Of a stretch of DNA of 51,900 nt, positions 1 to 10,915 are shown in pieces. The notes under the pieces are model-generated. The model made no database searches. It worked only from the letters and a program-made list of their open reading frames with translations, and was not told the origin of the DNA. Made by a program: the position numbers and the translations under genes. The number at the start of each line of letters is the position of its first letter. Position 1 is the first letter of the stretch. The stretch comes from Craspedostauros australis. Lineage: Eukaryota. The stretch is taken from assembly GCA_030167865.1 (NCBI GenBank), contig JALAGF010000317.1, forward strand, positions 1-51,900, read 5' to 3'.

Positions 1-1488
1 CGGCATTGCCAGGAAGGCTTCGTGAAGCCTCGAGGAATGCACATCGTGTGCGCTTGCTCTTGAAGAAGCGAGGAGAAGATGCCAAAACGGCGCAATCCAT
101 GGATGCCTTGCAATTGCGAGAGTCGAGGATGGTGGACGGCGTCTCTTTCATCCAAGTACGCTTGTATTCATCGTTGCTGCGGCATTCCTCATCATTCATC
201 AGAGGTGGCTGCGAAGATCACAGTTGGTGATGGAACGGCGGATTCTGTTGCGATCATGTGTAGACCGCCGTGCGCAGCTCATCATTCGTCGCATTCCTCT
301 CTCCCATGATGGCAAACACGCAGTATCTATACACTCCATCAGGAGCGAGAGCGATCATCACGGAAGGATCTTGTTGTTGGTGGGTGTCAGCCGAAACACG
401 AAAAAAGTGATGGGAAGCCCAAAAAATTCTCTTCATCCATGACTTAGAAAGCACGAACCTTGTGCGAGAAAATGGTGTGCTCTGCGGAATGGCGAACACA
501 TGGCGAATGCTGTTCCGCTTCTGCCGAATTCGATGTGCCGAAAGCCATCACCAAACACGCCGGGTCCGAACAACCATGACAACCGCAAGGACAACTGGCA
601 CCGCTCGTCGCAAGATGGAGCAAGGGCATGCCACACCATGCCATGTATTCTCGACATGAATCCAGCATAACCAAGTTCGATGGTGAGAGGGAGTGAACAG
701 CGATCCACCTTCATTTGTGCACTTGCATTTGCCTCGATAACTGCAGAGATGAACAGCGTCTCAGTCTCTTCTCATCCGTGTTCGAAAATGGAGCAGGAAA
801 GGCAAGACACCACGAGGTTGCTGCAAGTATGGGTGCATACGCAACGCTCCGTTGCCGGCCGCATGGGATCAGTCTCACAACATTCAAACAACACCATCAG
901 CCACAGCAGCACCCCTACCACACTTCCACGCAGCAACGAGAAAAAGTAAGAAGAACGATGAAGATCGACATCAACATGTCCATGGGCATCACCAACATGG
1001 GTGGCAGCCATTGCGGCCTGCCTCATACCAACAGCTTCAACGCCAATATCACTCAGCACCATCAAAGTGCTCGTGACAACACTCTCTCCGTTGACGATGG
1101 CGATAGTGACGACGACTGCCATGGGACCAACATTCAAGGCATCCACGAGCTCTGGGATGCAGTGGCCCCGTTTGCGGCACCCCTCAATGCATTGGGAGCT
1201 GATGGCTTCTTTGTGCCTTCTGGCCAGCACTGTGCCTTCGTGGACACTGATCCAAGGCTTGCATGTGATACAAGTATCGAACTGCACCATCTCGAGGACC
1301 TCACCCCAAGCCCCAACGATGACGACTGGAGCTTCATTGGTGAGATCCTTGCTGCTAATGCTAATGCTGCTGATGCTAATGCCGATGCTGATGTCCTCCA
1401 GAGTGGCATCATAGTGCTGTTGCGGCAGTGATCGTCGTCGTTGTCGTCGTCGTAATCATCGCCATCGTCATCTCACGGTCTTCTGCCA

Positions 1489-1989
1489 ATGTCCATGTTA
1501 CTGTCTACGTCCTCGGCCACAGATTCCCATGATGCTATCGGTGCTGACGACAACAGCATCGATGAAGTCTACGAGATGGTCGAACACGCAAACGCACTCG
1601 AAGGCATCCCGTCCACCGAGATGTCCGATATGACTTCACGCAGCCAGACTCCGCCGGCTCTGCCCAATCCACCACCTCCCACCTCCGGCGACGACTCCGA
1701 GCAGTCGCGCAAGATCTTCGCAGGCCGTGGTGGCGATCGATACAAGAACGCAGGCAACGAGGTCTTCCTCCGGCGCGTCGCAGACAAATATTTCGAGTAC
1801 AACAACGCATCAACCGCGCCACACAAGAGGCGAATTATCAACAGCATCATCGGGGACTTGCAGACCATGGGGTACGTTTTTGTCGCCGCGGACGGCACCA
1901 CGGAGATTGACGAGAAGAGCAAGTTTCGCAAAGTCCAAGTCCGATTCCGCACCATGAGGAAGGACTTGAAGAAAGCCCGCAACTCGTAG
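1489..1989 (+). CDS. DUF6824-domain protein (possibly the 3' part of a longer, stop-interrupted frame starting at ATG 958)
   Basis: Motifs IFAGRGG...GNEVFLRRV...Y...KRRIINSII...GYVFV...KVQVRFR match the DUF6824 pattern common in diatoms. The upstream ORF is in the same frame. Confidence 0.7.
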   Translation: MSMLLSTSSATDSHDAIGADDNSIDEVYEMVEHANALEGIPSTEMSDMTSRSQTPPALPNPPPPTSGDDSEQSRKIFAGRGGDRYKNAGNEVFLRRVADKYFEYNNASTAPHKRRIINSIIGDLQTMGYVFVAADGTTEIDEKSKFRKVQVRFRTMRKDLKKARNS

Positions 1990-2589
1990 ACCAGCGCCCC
2001 TGACATGGTGCTCTGTGGGATGCACACTCGTACCAATCCGGAAGAGCAGCAGGTTGTCGGAGAGTACCACCCACGCGCACATGTGGACGTGGAACGCCGT
2101 TGCGGATGCAGCTGGCAGGCTCCTTTCTCACATTGCGATTTCATGTGTATTATATAATTTCTTTAAACTAATGTCACGAATCATTCTCACAACGACTCTT
2201 GGTTCCACCCCGAAAGAGCGGAAGACAAGACAACGAAGAGGCAGAGACAACTGCAGATGCACGAAAAAGTGATGCGGAGACTACGTAATTTTAGATGCCA
2301 TCAGTTGTGGTGTACGTCTGCCTCTTCCCTCTCTCCCGGTGCTCACGCACAGAGAAACGAGCATGATTCGCGGAGGACCGTGCCCTCTGTGTCATTTTGC
2401 GTCCAGCGACGTCGAACCTTTCCTGTTCGTGTTGACATGGATAGTTTGAGTCTTTCGTTGGCTGCGGCTGCCACATGTCGCTTTGCGATTACGTTTTCTT
2501 TCACTCCATTTTTGCAAGCGCACACATTTGCAACTCCTCCATCTTCATGCGAGAAGGACGTGGTGACGTGGCGCAGTGGCTCTAGGAGG

Positions 2590-5289
2590 TTAATAGACTC
2601 GTGCGACTGGTGGAACTGTCTTGCATTCCTCCTCATCCAGTGTGTAATAATGAATCGGTCTGTACTTGATGCCGGTCTTCTTTCCATCGAAGGTTGCCAA
2701 GGTGTGCTTCATCCAGTTCTCGTCGTCACGGTCGGGGTAGTTCTCGTGCGCGTGGGCACCTCTGGATTCCTTGCGAGCGTTGGCTCCGTGCATTGTGGTG
2801 GAGGCGCACGACAGCAGGTTCTTCAGCTCGAGTGTCTCCACCAGATCTGTGTTCCAAACCAGCGATTGATCAGTCACACGCACGTCGTCGAAAGAGGCGA
2901 CGACATCGTCGATCTTGACTGCACCCTCCTCCAGGGAGTCCTCTGTGCGGTACACGGCCGCATGCTCCTGCATGACCGACTGCATGTCCGCTCTGATATC
3001 TGACGGCGACTTCGTGCCACCCTTGTCTGCGGAGAATCGGAGATCATCCAGATCCCCAAGGGAATCCATGCCGGCATCGCTCTTCAGCTCCTTCTGGGTA
3101 TCACCCGGTTTGTCGATTTCAGCGATTCGCAGGGCGCAAGCACGACCAAACACGACAATATCCAACAGAGAGTTGGCGCCGAGGCGGTTCGCTCCGTGCA
3201 CCGATGCGCATGCGACCTCACCGGCGGCGAAGAGACCAGGGACGACGTTGTCGGAGACGTAGTTTCCATCGTTATCAAACTCAGTCTGGATGACCTCTCC
3301 ATAGTGGTTTGTTGGGATGCCTCCCATGTTGTAATGCACGGTTGGGAGGACTGGGATGGGTTCCTTCGTGACATCCACACCAGCAAAGATTGCTGCTGTC
3401 TCTGAAATACCTGGCAGACGCTCAGCCAGCAGATCAGCTGGCAAGTGGTCCAAATGCAGATGGATCTGCCATTTGCATGTGTTAATTCGTCAATTTGCGT
3501 GAAGTTGAAATGAGTTGCACCGCCAAGGTCGTAGCAGGCGCACGGCAGTAGAACAAGAGAGTTGTCCAGATCCATTACATTCCCGAGTCCAACCAGAAGC
3601 ATGAACGAATGAAAAGCGCATGCATTGTAAGCATGGTCCGGCATTTTGCCAATACGAAGCAGTGCAGAGAGAGAGAGGGAAAGGAAAGCAAGGGTGAGTG
3701 CCTGTTTGGTTTGATTTGATCTGGGCATCAACATATATAGAGCATGCACAGCTAGCTGTAAAGGCCATCGTGCATTTGCCGTCCACAGGGCAGAAGACCA
3801 ACTGCAGTACTCACGTGATCATTCTTTGGCCCAACACCGCGGCCCTCACGGATTTCGACAGTCATGGCACGGGACACGACGTCGCGGCTGGCAAGATCCT
3901 TTGCGGATGGAGCGTAGCGTTCCATGAAACGTTCGCCTTCGCTGTTGCGCAAGATTCCACCTTCACCGCGGCAACCTTCCGTCATTAGGCAGCCGGCGCC
4001 GTAGATTCCTGTGGGGTGGAATTGGACGAATTCGTTGTCCTGGTTGGTGAGTCCCTTTCGCAGGGCCATGGCATTGCCATCGCCTGTGCACGTGTGCGCG
4101 GATGTGCACGAGAAGTACGCACGTCCATATCCACCCGTGGCTAGGACGGTGTTCTTTGCCTGGATGCGATGGATGGTTCCATCCTCCATGTTCAACGCGA
4201 TGACTCCACAGCACGCGCCCGTCTCTTCGTCCATGATGAGGTCCAAGCAGAAGTACTCGATGAAGTAGGTGGTGTCGAACGCCAACGAGCGTCCGTACAG
4301 GGTGTGAAGCATAGCATGCCCTGTGCGATCGGCGGCAGCAGCACAGCGGTGAGCCTGCCCGCCCTTTCCGTAATGCAAGGACTGTCCACCGAACGCACGC
4401 TGGTAGATCTTGCCGTCCTCCGTGCGCGAGAATGGCATACCGAACTCTTCCAACTCCAGCACAGCTTTCGGAGCCTCGCGGCACATGTAGTGGATGGCAT
4501 CCTGATCGCCCAACCAGTCGCTTCCCTTCACGGTGTCGTACATGTGCCATCTCCAATCATCCTCGGACATGTTGCCTGTTGCATGTTGCATCCACACAAG
4601 TGTTGCACGGTATAGCGTGGCATGGCGTTGCATAGCATAGTGTGGTTTGATGATTGGAGAATGCATCACCATGCATGACATGTCCACATCGCATTGCCAA
4701 GAGGGTGTGGCGTCGAAACGAGACGCACAATCCAATCGTCACGGGCGAAGCATGGGATGTGAAGTGTGAGATGCGGGGAAGTTCGAATGGCGAAGACAGA
4801 CATCCCGTTGCCACCCACCGAAGACTGCGTCTCCATGCTCGAGGAATGCTCAGCACAGCGATCCACGGAGTCAGGTCCATGCGCACTCTCAAACACATCA
4901 AATCACATCAAATTGTCAATATGCATTCCAATTATTCAATCTTGCGACAGTGCTCGCTCGAACCCTGCGCTGGATCGTCATGGCGCCAACAGTCTCCCTC
5001 CACTGAACTTACCAAGCGCGGCGTTGATCCCACCCTGAGCTGCCACAGTGTGACTGCGAGTGGGAAAGAGCTTCGTGACGCAGGCCGTCTTGAATCCTGC
5101 CTCGGACAGCCCCATGGCAGCGCGCAATCCACTGCCTCCGGCTCCCACGACCACGGCATCGTACTGATGGTCCACGATCGTGTAGTCTCCCTTCATGGAG
5201 GTGGAAGTGGAGAGCGCGCGTGCGGCATTGGCCGGGGCCAGACGACGCGAGAGCGCCGAGACCGCGGATCGGGCGGATGAGCTGAGCAT
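2590..5289 (-). CDS. SDH1: Mitochondrial succinate dehydrogenase flavoprotein subunit, 3 exons, 637 aa
   Basis: Exons 5289-5013, 4575-3815 and 3465-2590 with GT-AG introns sum to 1914 nt, in frame. Motifs: [13 protein letters not shown], covalent-[55 protein letters not shown]-terminal VPPVARVY. The N-terminus is an Arg/Ser/Ala-rich mitochondrial presequence. Confidence 0.98.
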
Positions 5290-6189
5290 TGTCAGATGGT
5301 GCTTCGCTTTCTGTCGGAGTGATCGGCTATGCTACACTTTACGTTGCTTTGGGTGGGATTGGTGGCTGGAGACTGTTGTATTGTACTTGCAAACTCAGGT
5401 TGGCGCTGTGACCCCTCCTTCTTCGATGATGTCTTGCTTTGTTGTTTGTGGTTGTGACTTCGGTTGTGGTTGGGAATGATGGCAATCGGTCTCACTCTGC
5501 CTCTCCTGCTCTGTCACGGCTCTCGGCGGCAGCGTGTGGCTTTCTTACCAGTTCGCTGCGGAGGAGGTGTTGTTGCCGTCCACGAGCACTCTTGCGGCTT
5601 CCATTGGAGGGGAACAGATGGCGATTTGAATTGTGCTTGTTGGCTTTGCTGGAAGCGCGATCCTTCGAAGAAGGCGGAACACATTCTGTTTTCGCCACTA
5701 TCCGTTCTCCTTTTTGATTGGACAACGACGTGTCACATCATTATTTGTGAAACGTGTTATGCCGCATGATGACGTCGATTGCTATCGATTCTTCGCTTTT
5801 CGTTCTCTGCAGCTGACTGCGCGAAACGAAGATTCGGATTTCGTCGTTGACTCAACCGAACACAATGGCCAGAACACGAACGTACGTCTACGAAAACGAG
5901 TCTAGGCAATAATTCGTGTTTGAAACAAGATGCGCGAGGATTGCGCCGCTTTGCTTTCGCCATCCTGTCCGCAGCACTTCTTCTCTCTCAGGGTGGCACT
6001 CCTGTTCGATTTCTGTCTCTGGATCTCGGAACGATGAAGTCAAGGCTGCGATGATTGGAGCTCCAAAGTCGATCTATGACCATCACAAATGCCCTTTGTT
6101 TTCCATTGTCTCGCGCGTTGGTAGTTCAAGTCCACCTCACCTCGCCTAACCTCGCTTTACTTCACGTCACTGCGCTTTTATTCCTCTCT

Positions 6190-7237
6190 CTAGTCATCGT
6201 CATCGTCGTTATCCCAGAAGTCGGATGGGTTGGTACCGTTGGATGCCTCCGAGCCGCTATCCTCCTCCATCCCGCCCATGCTGATGTCATTGGTGGACAT
6301 GTTGCTCATGTTGATGCTGGCGTCGGCAGGAGTTGCAATCATCGAGGCTGCTGCGTCGTCACGACGTGGGGCGTTGGCAGAAGGGACGGGAGTGAATGCA
6401 CTCGCACTTGCGTGAGTATGCCCATTCCTGTGCGTGTCTGAGCCAGATTGCGACGCGCGCGACATGGCGGACTCCACCACCGTGCTGCTGGAACTTCGGC
6501 GTCTGCTGTTGCTGTCATCATCCGCGGAGGCTCTGCTGCGTCGGCTTCTACCGTGCGGGCTGGGTCTGTGGAGGAAGGATCGGGCGTCGTCGTGGCTGAG
6601 ATCGCTCGCCCTTGGCCTGGATTGCGGGATGGTGGGTGTCGTAATGTTGGTGGATGTGCTCGATCTGCCCCCAATGGAATCTGACAATCTCACTTTTCGT
6701 CTGCGCCCGTGTCTGTCTGTGTTGTAATGCCGGCTCTTGCTGTGCTGGTAATGATGGTTCGTCGGGAGGCTCTTCAGGTTGGGTACGGGGTGCATCGCCT
6801 GCGACTCGATGATGTCCTGCAATCGTTTGTTGTGCGCCTTCTCAGCTTGTTCCAACGCCGTCAATCTTGGGACAACGATGTCGAATGATGCAATGGGTTG
6901 CAATCGGTTGCAACGGATTGAATGGAATGGAATGGAATGGACCAAAAGCAGAGTCAGCGATCGCCTTCCTCAGAGTCAAGGTTGCCGTGCGGTGCCGCGC
7001 CGATGGAATATCACGCTTGCAAGAGTGTTCCCAAGAGTGCACAGGCACAGGATGGTTTGCTCACAACTGACATGACAACAGAGGTGACATTGTGACCAGC
7101 ACAGCCTATACTACGACCCACTCGTATTATACGTACTTGGATTGTTTCTCGTACGGGTCCGCCGGAAACCATTGTGGCTCCACAATGCCATGCAGCGCAT
7201 TTCTCGAGTTGGTGAAGGAGGCTGTTGAGAACGTCAT
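6190..7237 (-). CDS. Hypothetical Ser/Arg-rich protein, 2 exons, about 258 aa
   Basis: Exon 7237-7137 (MTFSTASF...EKQS, donor GTACGT) joins in frame to exon 6865-6190 (LTALEQAEKAHNKRLQ...DDDDD). Total is 777 nt. No recognisable domain. Confidence 0.6.
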
Positions 7238-8180
7238 TAGAGTGAGTTGAGATGGGATGGGCTTGTATTGATGCTGTGCTTGTATTGGTGCCGGTGCCTG
7301 TGCTCGCGTTGGCAGTGACGCGGTTCCTTGAAGTTACAACGATGGCGAGTGCTTCTGGCTGTTGTCCGTTGTGTGTTGTCAGTTTGAGGATGATGGATGA
7401 TGATGGATGATGATGCATAGGTTGATGGGGGAAGTTCACGATGATGATGGCTGTGCTTGTGTGGATGTGACGGCGTTGTTGGAAGTTGTCATGATTGTGC
7501 TTTGTTTCAGCTCTGTTCTCTGTTGTTGTGGTTCCACTCAACGGTTGTTTGTGCTGTTGTGTTGGGCATTTTTCTTGAATTTGAAAAATAACGGTTCCTC
7601 CGAGAATGGCAGAAAAGCTACATGGGAACCTAGAGAGAGAGAGCCTTCCCCCACAACGTCCGCGATCCTGTTGTCAAGGTCGCCGCTTGCATTGCTTCAG
7701 ATGACAAGACTTTGAAAGTGTCGAAGAGTGCGCTAGTTTGTGCGTGTCATCTTACAATTGGAAGCGGCACCGAGGAAACTACGCGCGCAATGGAGATGAT
7801 CTTCCAGATTCATGATGGTGTGTGGGTGCAATAGAATGTCTCCCATCTCTCCTGCGCCACTGAATCTTCTCTCTGCATGCTCGTTCGAAAGCAAAATGGA
7901 GCATGGAGCACTCATGGGCACTTGTGTGTTACGTATTTGGATGGTGATTATTTGCATTTTTATTGTTTGGTTTGGTTCTTGTGTGGTGGCTGTTGCCAGT
8001 GATTGCTATATTTGATGCTCCTGCAATTATTGGGGTACGCTCGGCCGCTCTTGCTCCTTCTGGTGTCATTGTCGTATATTGATTGCATCCTCTGTCTGCT
8101 GATTAGGTGTTTGCGTTGGAGTGGATGGACGAATGAAGGAAGGAGCGAACGAACGAATCCATGTGAGGACGCGGACGACT

Positions 8181-9293
8181 CTACTTCTTTTCTGGAGAAG
8201 AGGCCATGGTCATCGGGGTGCCGGCCTGGTACTCCAATCGCTCCAGCAGCTGGAATCTGGTGTCCTCCATCTCGTCGATTCTGTTCTCCAGATCCAACTC
8301 GGTGAGGAATTGACCTTGCTTATCCATGAAGTGCTTCAGCCCCATGATGGAGAGGAGGGTGCAGATGACGGTCGCCTGCCCCAGCACACGCGTGTGCAGG
8401 ATCTTCATCTGCGTGCTGAGGTGCTCCTTGCCGGAGCGGCCGTAGAAGACGTAGGTGACGGCGGGGACGCCAATTCCGAGCAGGACCTTGAATGGGTTGG
8501 CCTGGACGTAGTTGGCGCCCTGGTGGTACCAGTGCATCTCCGGGACGATGCGGACGCCGGACTCGACGATGGCATGGCGGTAGAGATCGCGGAGCCGTGT
8601 GCGCTCTTCGTCGTTGTTCTGGAATTTCTGGCGACGGGCCTCGCGGTCGGCCCATGCGACGGATTGCAGGGTGTGCTCAGTCTCGTCTGCGAGCTGTTTC
8701 ATGCGGTGCTCCAGCTTCTTCTCGCCGGTGAGTCCGAAGACGAAGAGGGCTGGCATGATGGTCATGGCAGTGCGTGATTGCCAGTTTGTGACCTGTCGGT
8801 GCATCAATGGTTGTATATCAGTACATGTTGGCGTGTATGTTAGCATGTATGTTATGTTCATCAGATATTGTGATGGGATAAAGTGAGAAACAAAGGACGG
8901 AAATGTGAGATCGAGGTCGACCTAAGCGGCCAGTCCACCTTTTCCATTGCATCGCATCAAGGCATCGCAAGAGAGCATGACCACCATCACGAGTCCTCCT
9001 CCTATCTTGTAGAATACTCTCTGGCTCGTATCAGTCTCGACTCGACTCGACTTGACGTAACCCTGATGAAATGTGCATGGTAGCAGTGTATTCTGTTACA
9101 TAATATCATAGTTGTTCATGACAGAGACGGGGCTCCACCATCGTACTCGTACCTTGCGGAATCCTGGTCGCTGCATTGCAGCATACAGGACGCCAAGACT
9201 TGGAATGAGGGTCAAGGTGCCATTGATGAGGCCTTCGTTCATGGCGTCGGCGGTGACCTCCTCGGACTTGTGCTGCGGTGTGAGGGATGCCAT
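8181..9293 (-). CDS. HIG1-domain (hypoxia-induced / Rcf2-like) mitochondrial inner-membrane protein, 2 exons, 250 aa
   Basis: Exons 9293-9153 and 8792-8181 with a phase-0 GT-AG intron. Two hydrophobic hairpins; the second has the HIG1 signature 'NPFKVLLG...STQMKILHTRVLGQATVI'. Confidence 0.85.
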
Positions 9294-10915
9294 CTTGCTT
9301 GGTCGCTTTCAATTCAAGTAATACTTCTGGTATGGTGTGGTATGATATCGTATAGTAAGTGATACGATGTGTTGTGATGTTTGCAATGTGGGATGGATGC
9401 AATGTGTGGCGATGCAGGGCAGCGTATTTCAAATGGGTTGAGCGTGTTGCGAGGTGTTGAGGATGTGATGTTGTCGTTGCAATTTATGACAAATTACAAT
9501 GGCGACAGAGACAACAGTGGAAGAAGTGGAAGTGGAAATGGTGAGCAGTGAAGGCAGTGCGAAGTCGTTTGTGAGTTGCTCGGGTCTCCTGAAGGAATCG
9601 ATCAGTGACGCCGTTCGCTTTCATCGTTTGGAGCATCCCTGCATGGACAGGGACAGGCACGCGTTGGTGCGAATTGTGATCTCGGATGCACGTCCCATAC
9701 ACCACAGCGGCCGCAATCGTGCACCGTGGGTCGCAGCTTGATGACGGTGTTCGGATCGCCAGCACTCCTTCTCATACCTTCGGTACAGAGTCGTGATGAT
9801 GCACTGTGATGGTGTGTTCGGATTCGTTCGTCCCGGAGAAAGGCCAATGTTGATCCTCTCTTCATGCAGTTGCGTTGTTCCTGCGGATTCCAAGCAACCA
9901 CATTGGCGACGATGACGACGATGGCGATGGTGGTGTTGGAAGTGGTGGCGGGAGTTGCCGCAGATCTTGATCGAAGCTGTTCGTCGGCGCGGTCAAACTC
10001 TCCCCCCAACGCGAACCCGGTGAAGGCCATTCCAGGACAAACACGACCGTGCGCTTCGACTCAACCGATCATAAAGTGAAGCTATGACAGATCGTGACTG
10101 AAAAAAGTAAACAGGATTCATTGTGTGTCGTGTGTGGTCAAACGTGGATGAAATGAGGATTCTCTGGCCGCAGCAATCACCTGCATGTCACTCGGAGTCG
10201 CACCAGCCAATGAAAGACTTGTTTATGTTTATTCATGTTCCAATGATGATGATGTGTTGTTCGTGAGACTTCGAATGTATATCTTATTCATGGACAAGTA
10301 TCTTGCAATGATGACAAACGTGTGTGAGACATGAGGACGACGTGTGACGGCATCAGGTGGATTGATACCGACACCAAAATCGTCCACATTCGTTCACGAA
10401 ACATGAGTACACGATTCAACGCAACGCAACACAACGCAACGCAACACAACGCACTTCAGCACCGCAACAACCAACACAAAATGAAGACAACAGAGGAAAG
10501 AGCGGAAAGAGCGGAAAGACAGGAAGGGAGAAAGGAACAACACCCACCAACCAGTGGATCTGATGGCATCAGCTGCATGTACCAACTCCATGTACGAGCA
10601 GTGGAAGAGATAGATAGAGAGATAGACAGAGACAGAGACAGCAAAGAGAGAGAGAGACCAGCAGAGCCCAAGTCCTCATCTTTGCATCGGTACAATCCGA
10701 GCAGTCCTTCCCCAAGAGTGGGCAATCGTACGGGTATTCTGAAATATCTCTGTAGAAGGTGTTACTATACACTTACTAATACACTCCAATCAGCTCTCGA
10801 TGGATGAGCACACCGAGCCAATCAACCATCCAACCATCCAACCATCCAATAAACCCATCAATTGTAGAGTAGCGTGTTGCAGAATACCAGATAGAACATC
10901 AGAGCATTCATCACA

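Noticed and set aside
2257..3262. Plus-strand ORFs over SDH1, and similar overlaps at 8121, 15104, 26336, 37541 and 43660
   Set aside because: Antisense shadows of well-supported genes, with no independent motifs.
7011..7541. 176-aa minus ORF
   Set aside because: It starts at TTG and runs through UTR-like C/A-rich sequence. The likely first exon (7237-7137) is in another frame.
9484..10807. Short ORFs between the HIG1 and SYLF genes
   Set aside because: No recognisable domain or splice-consistent model. Much of it is simple-repeat leader sequence of two divergent genes.
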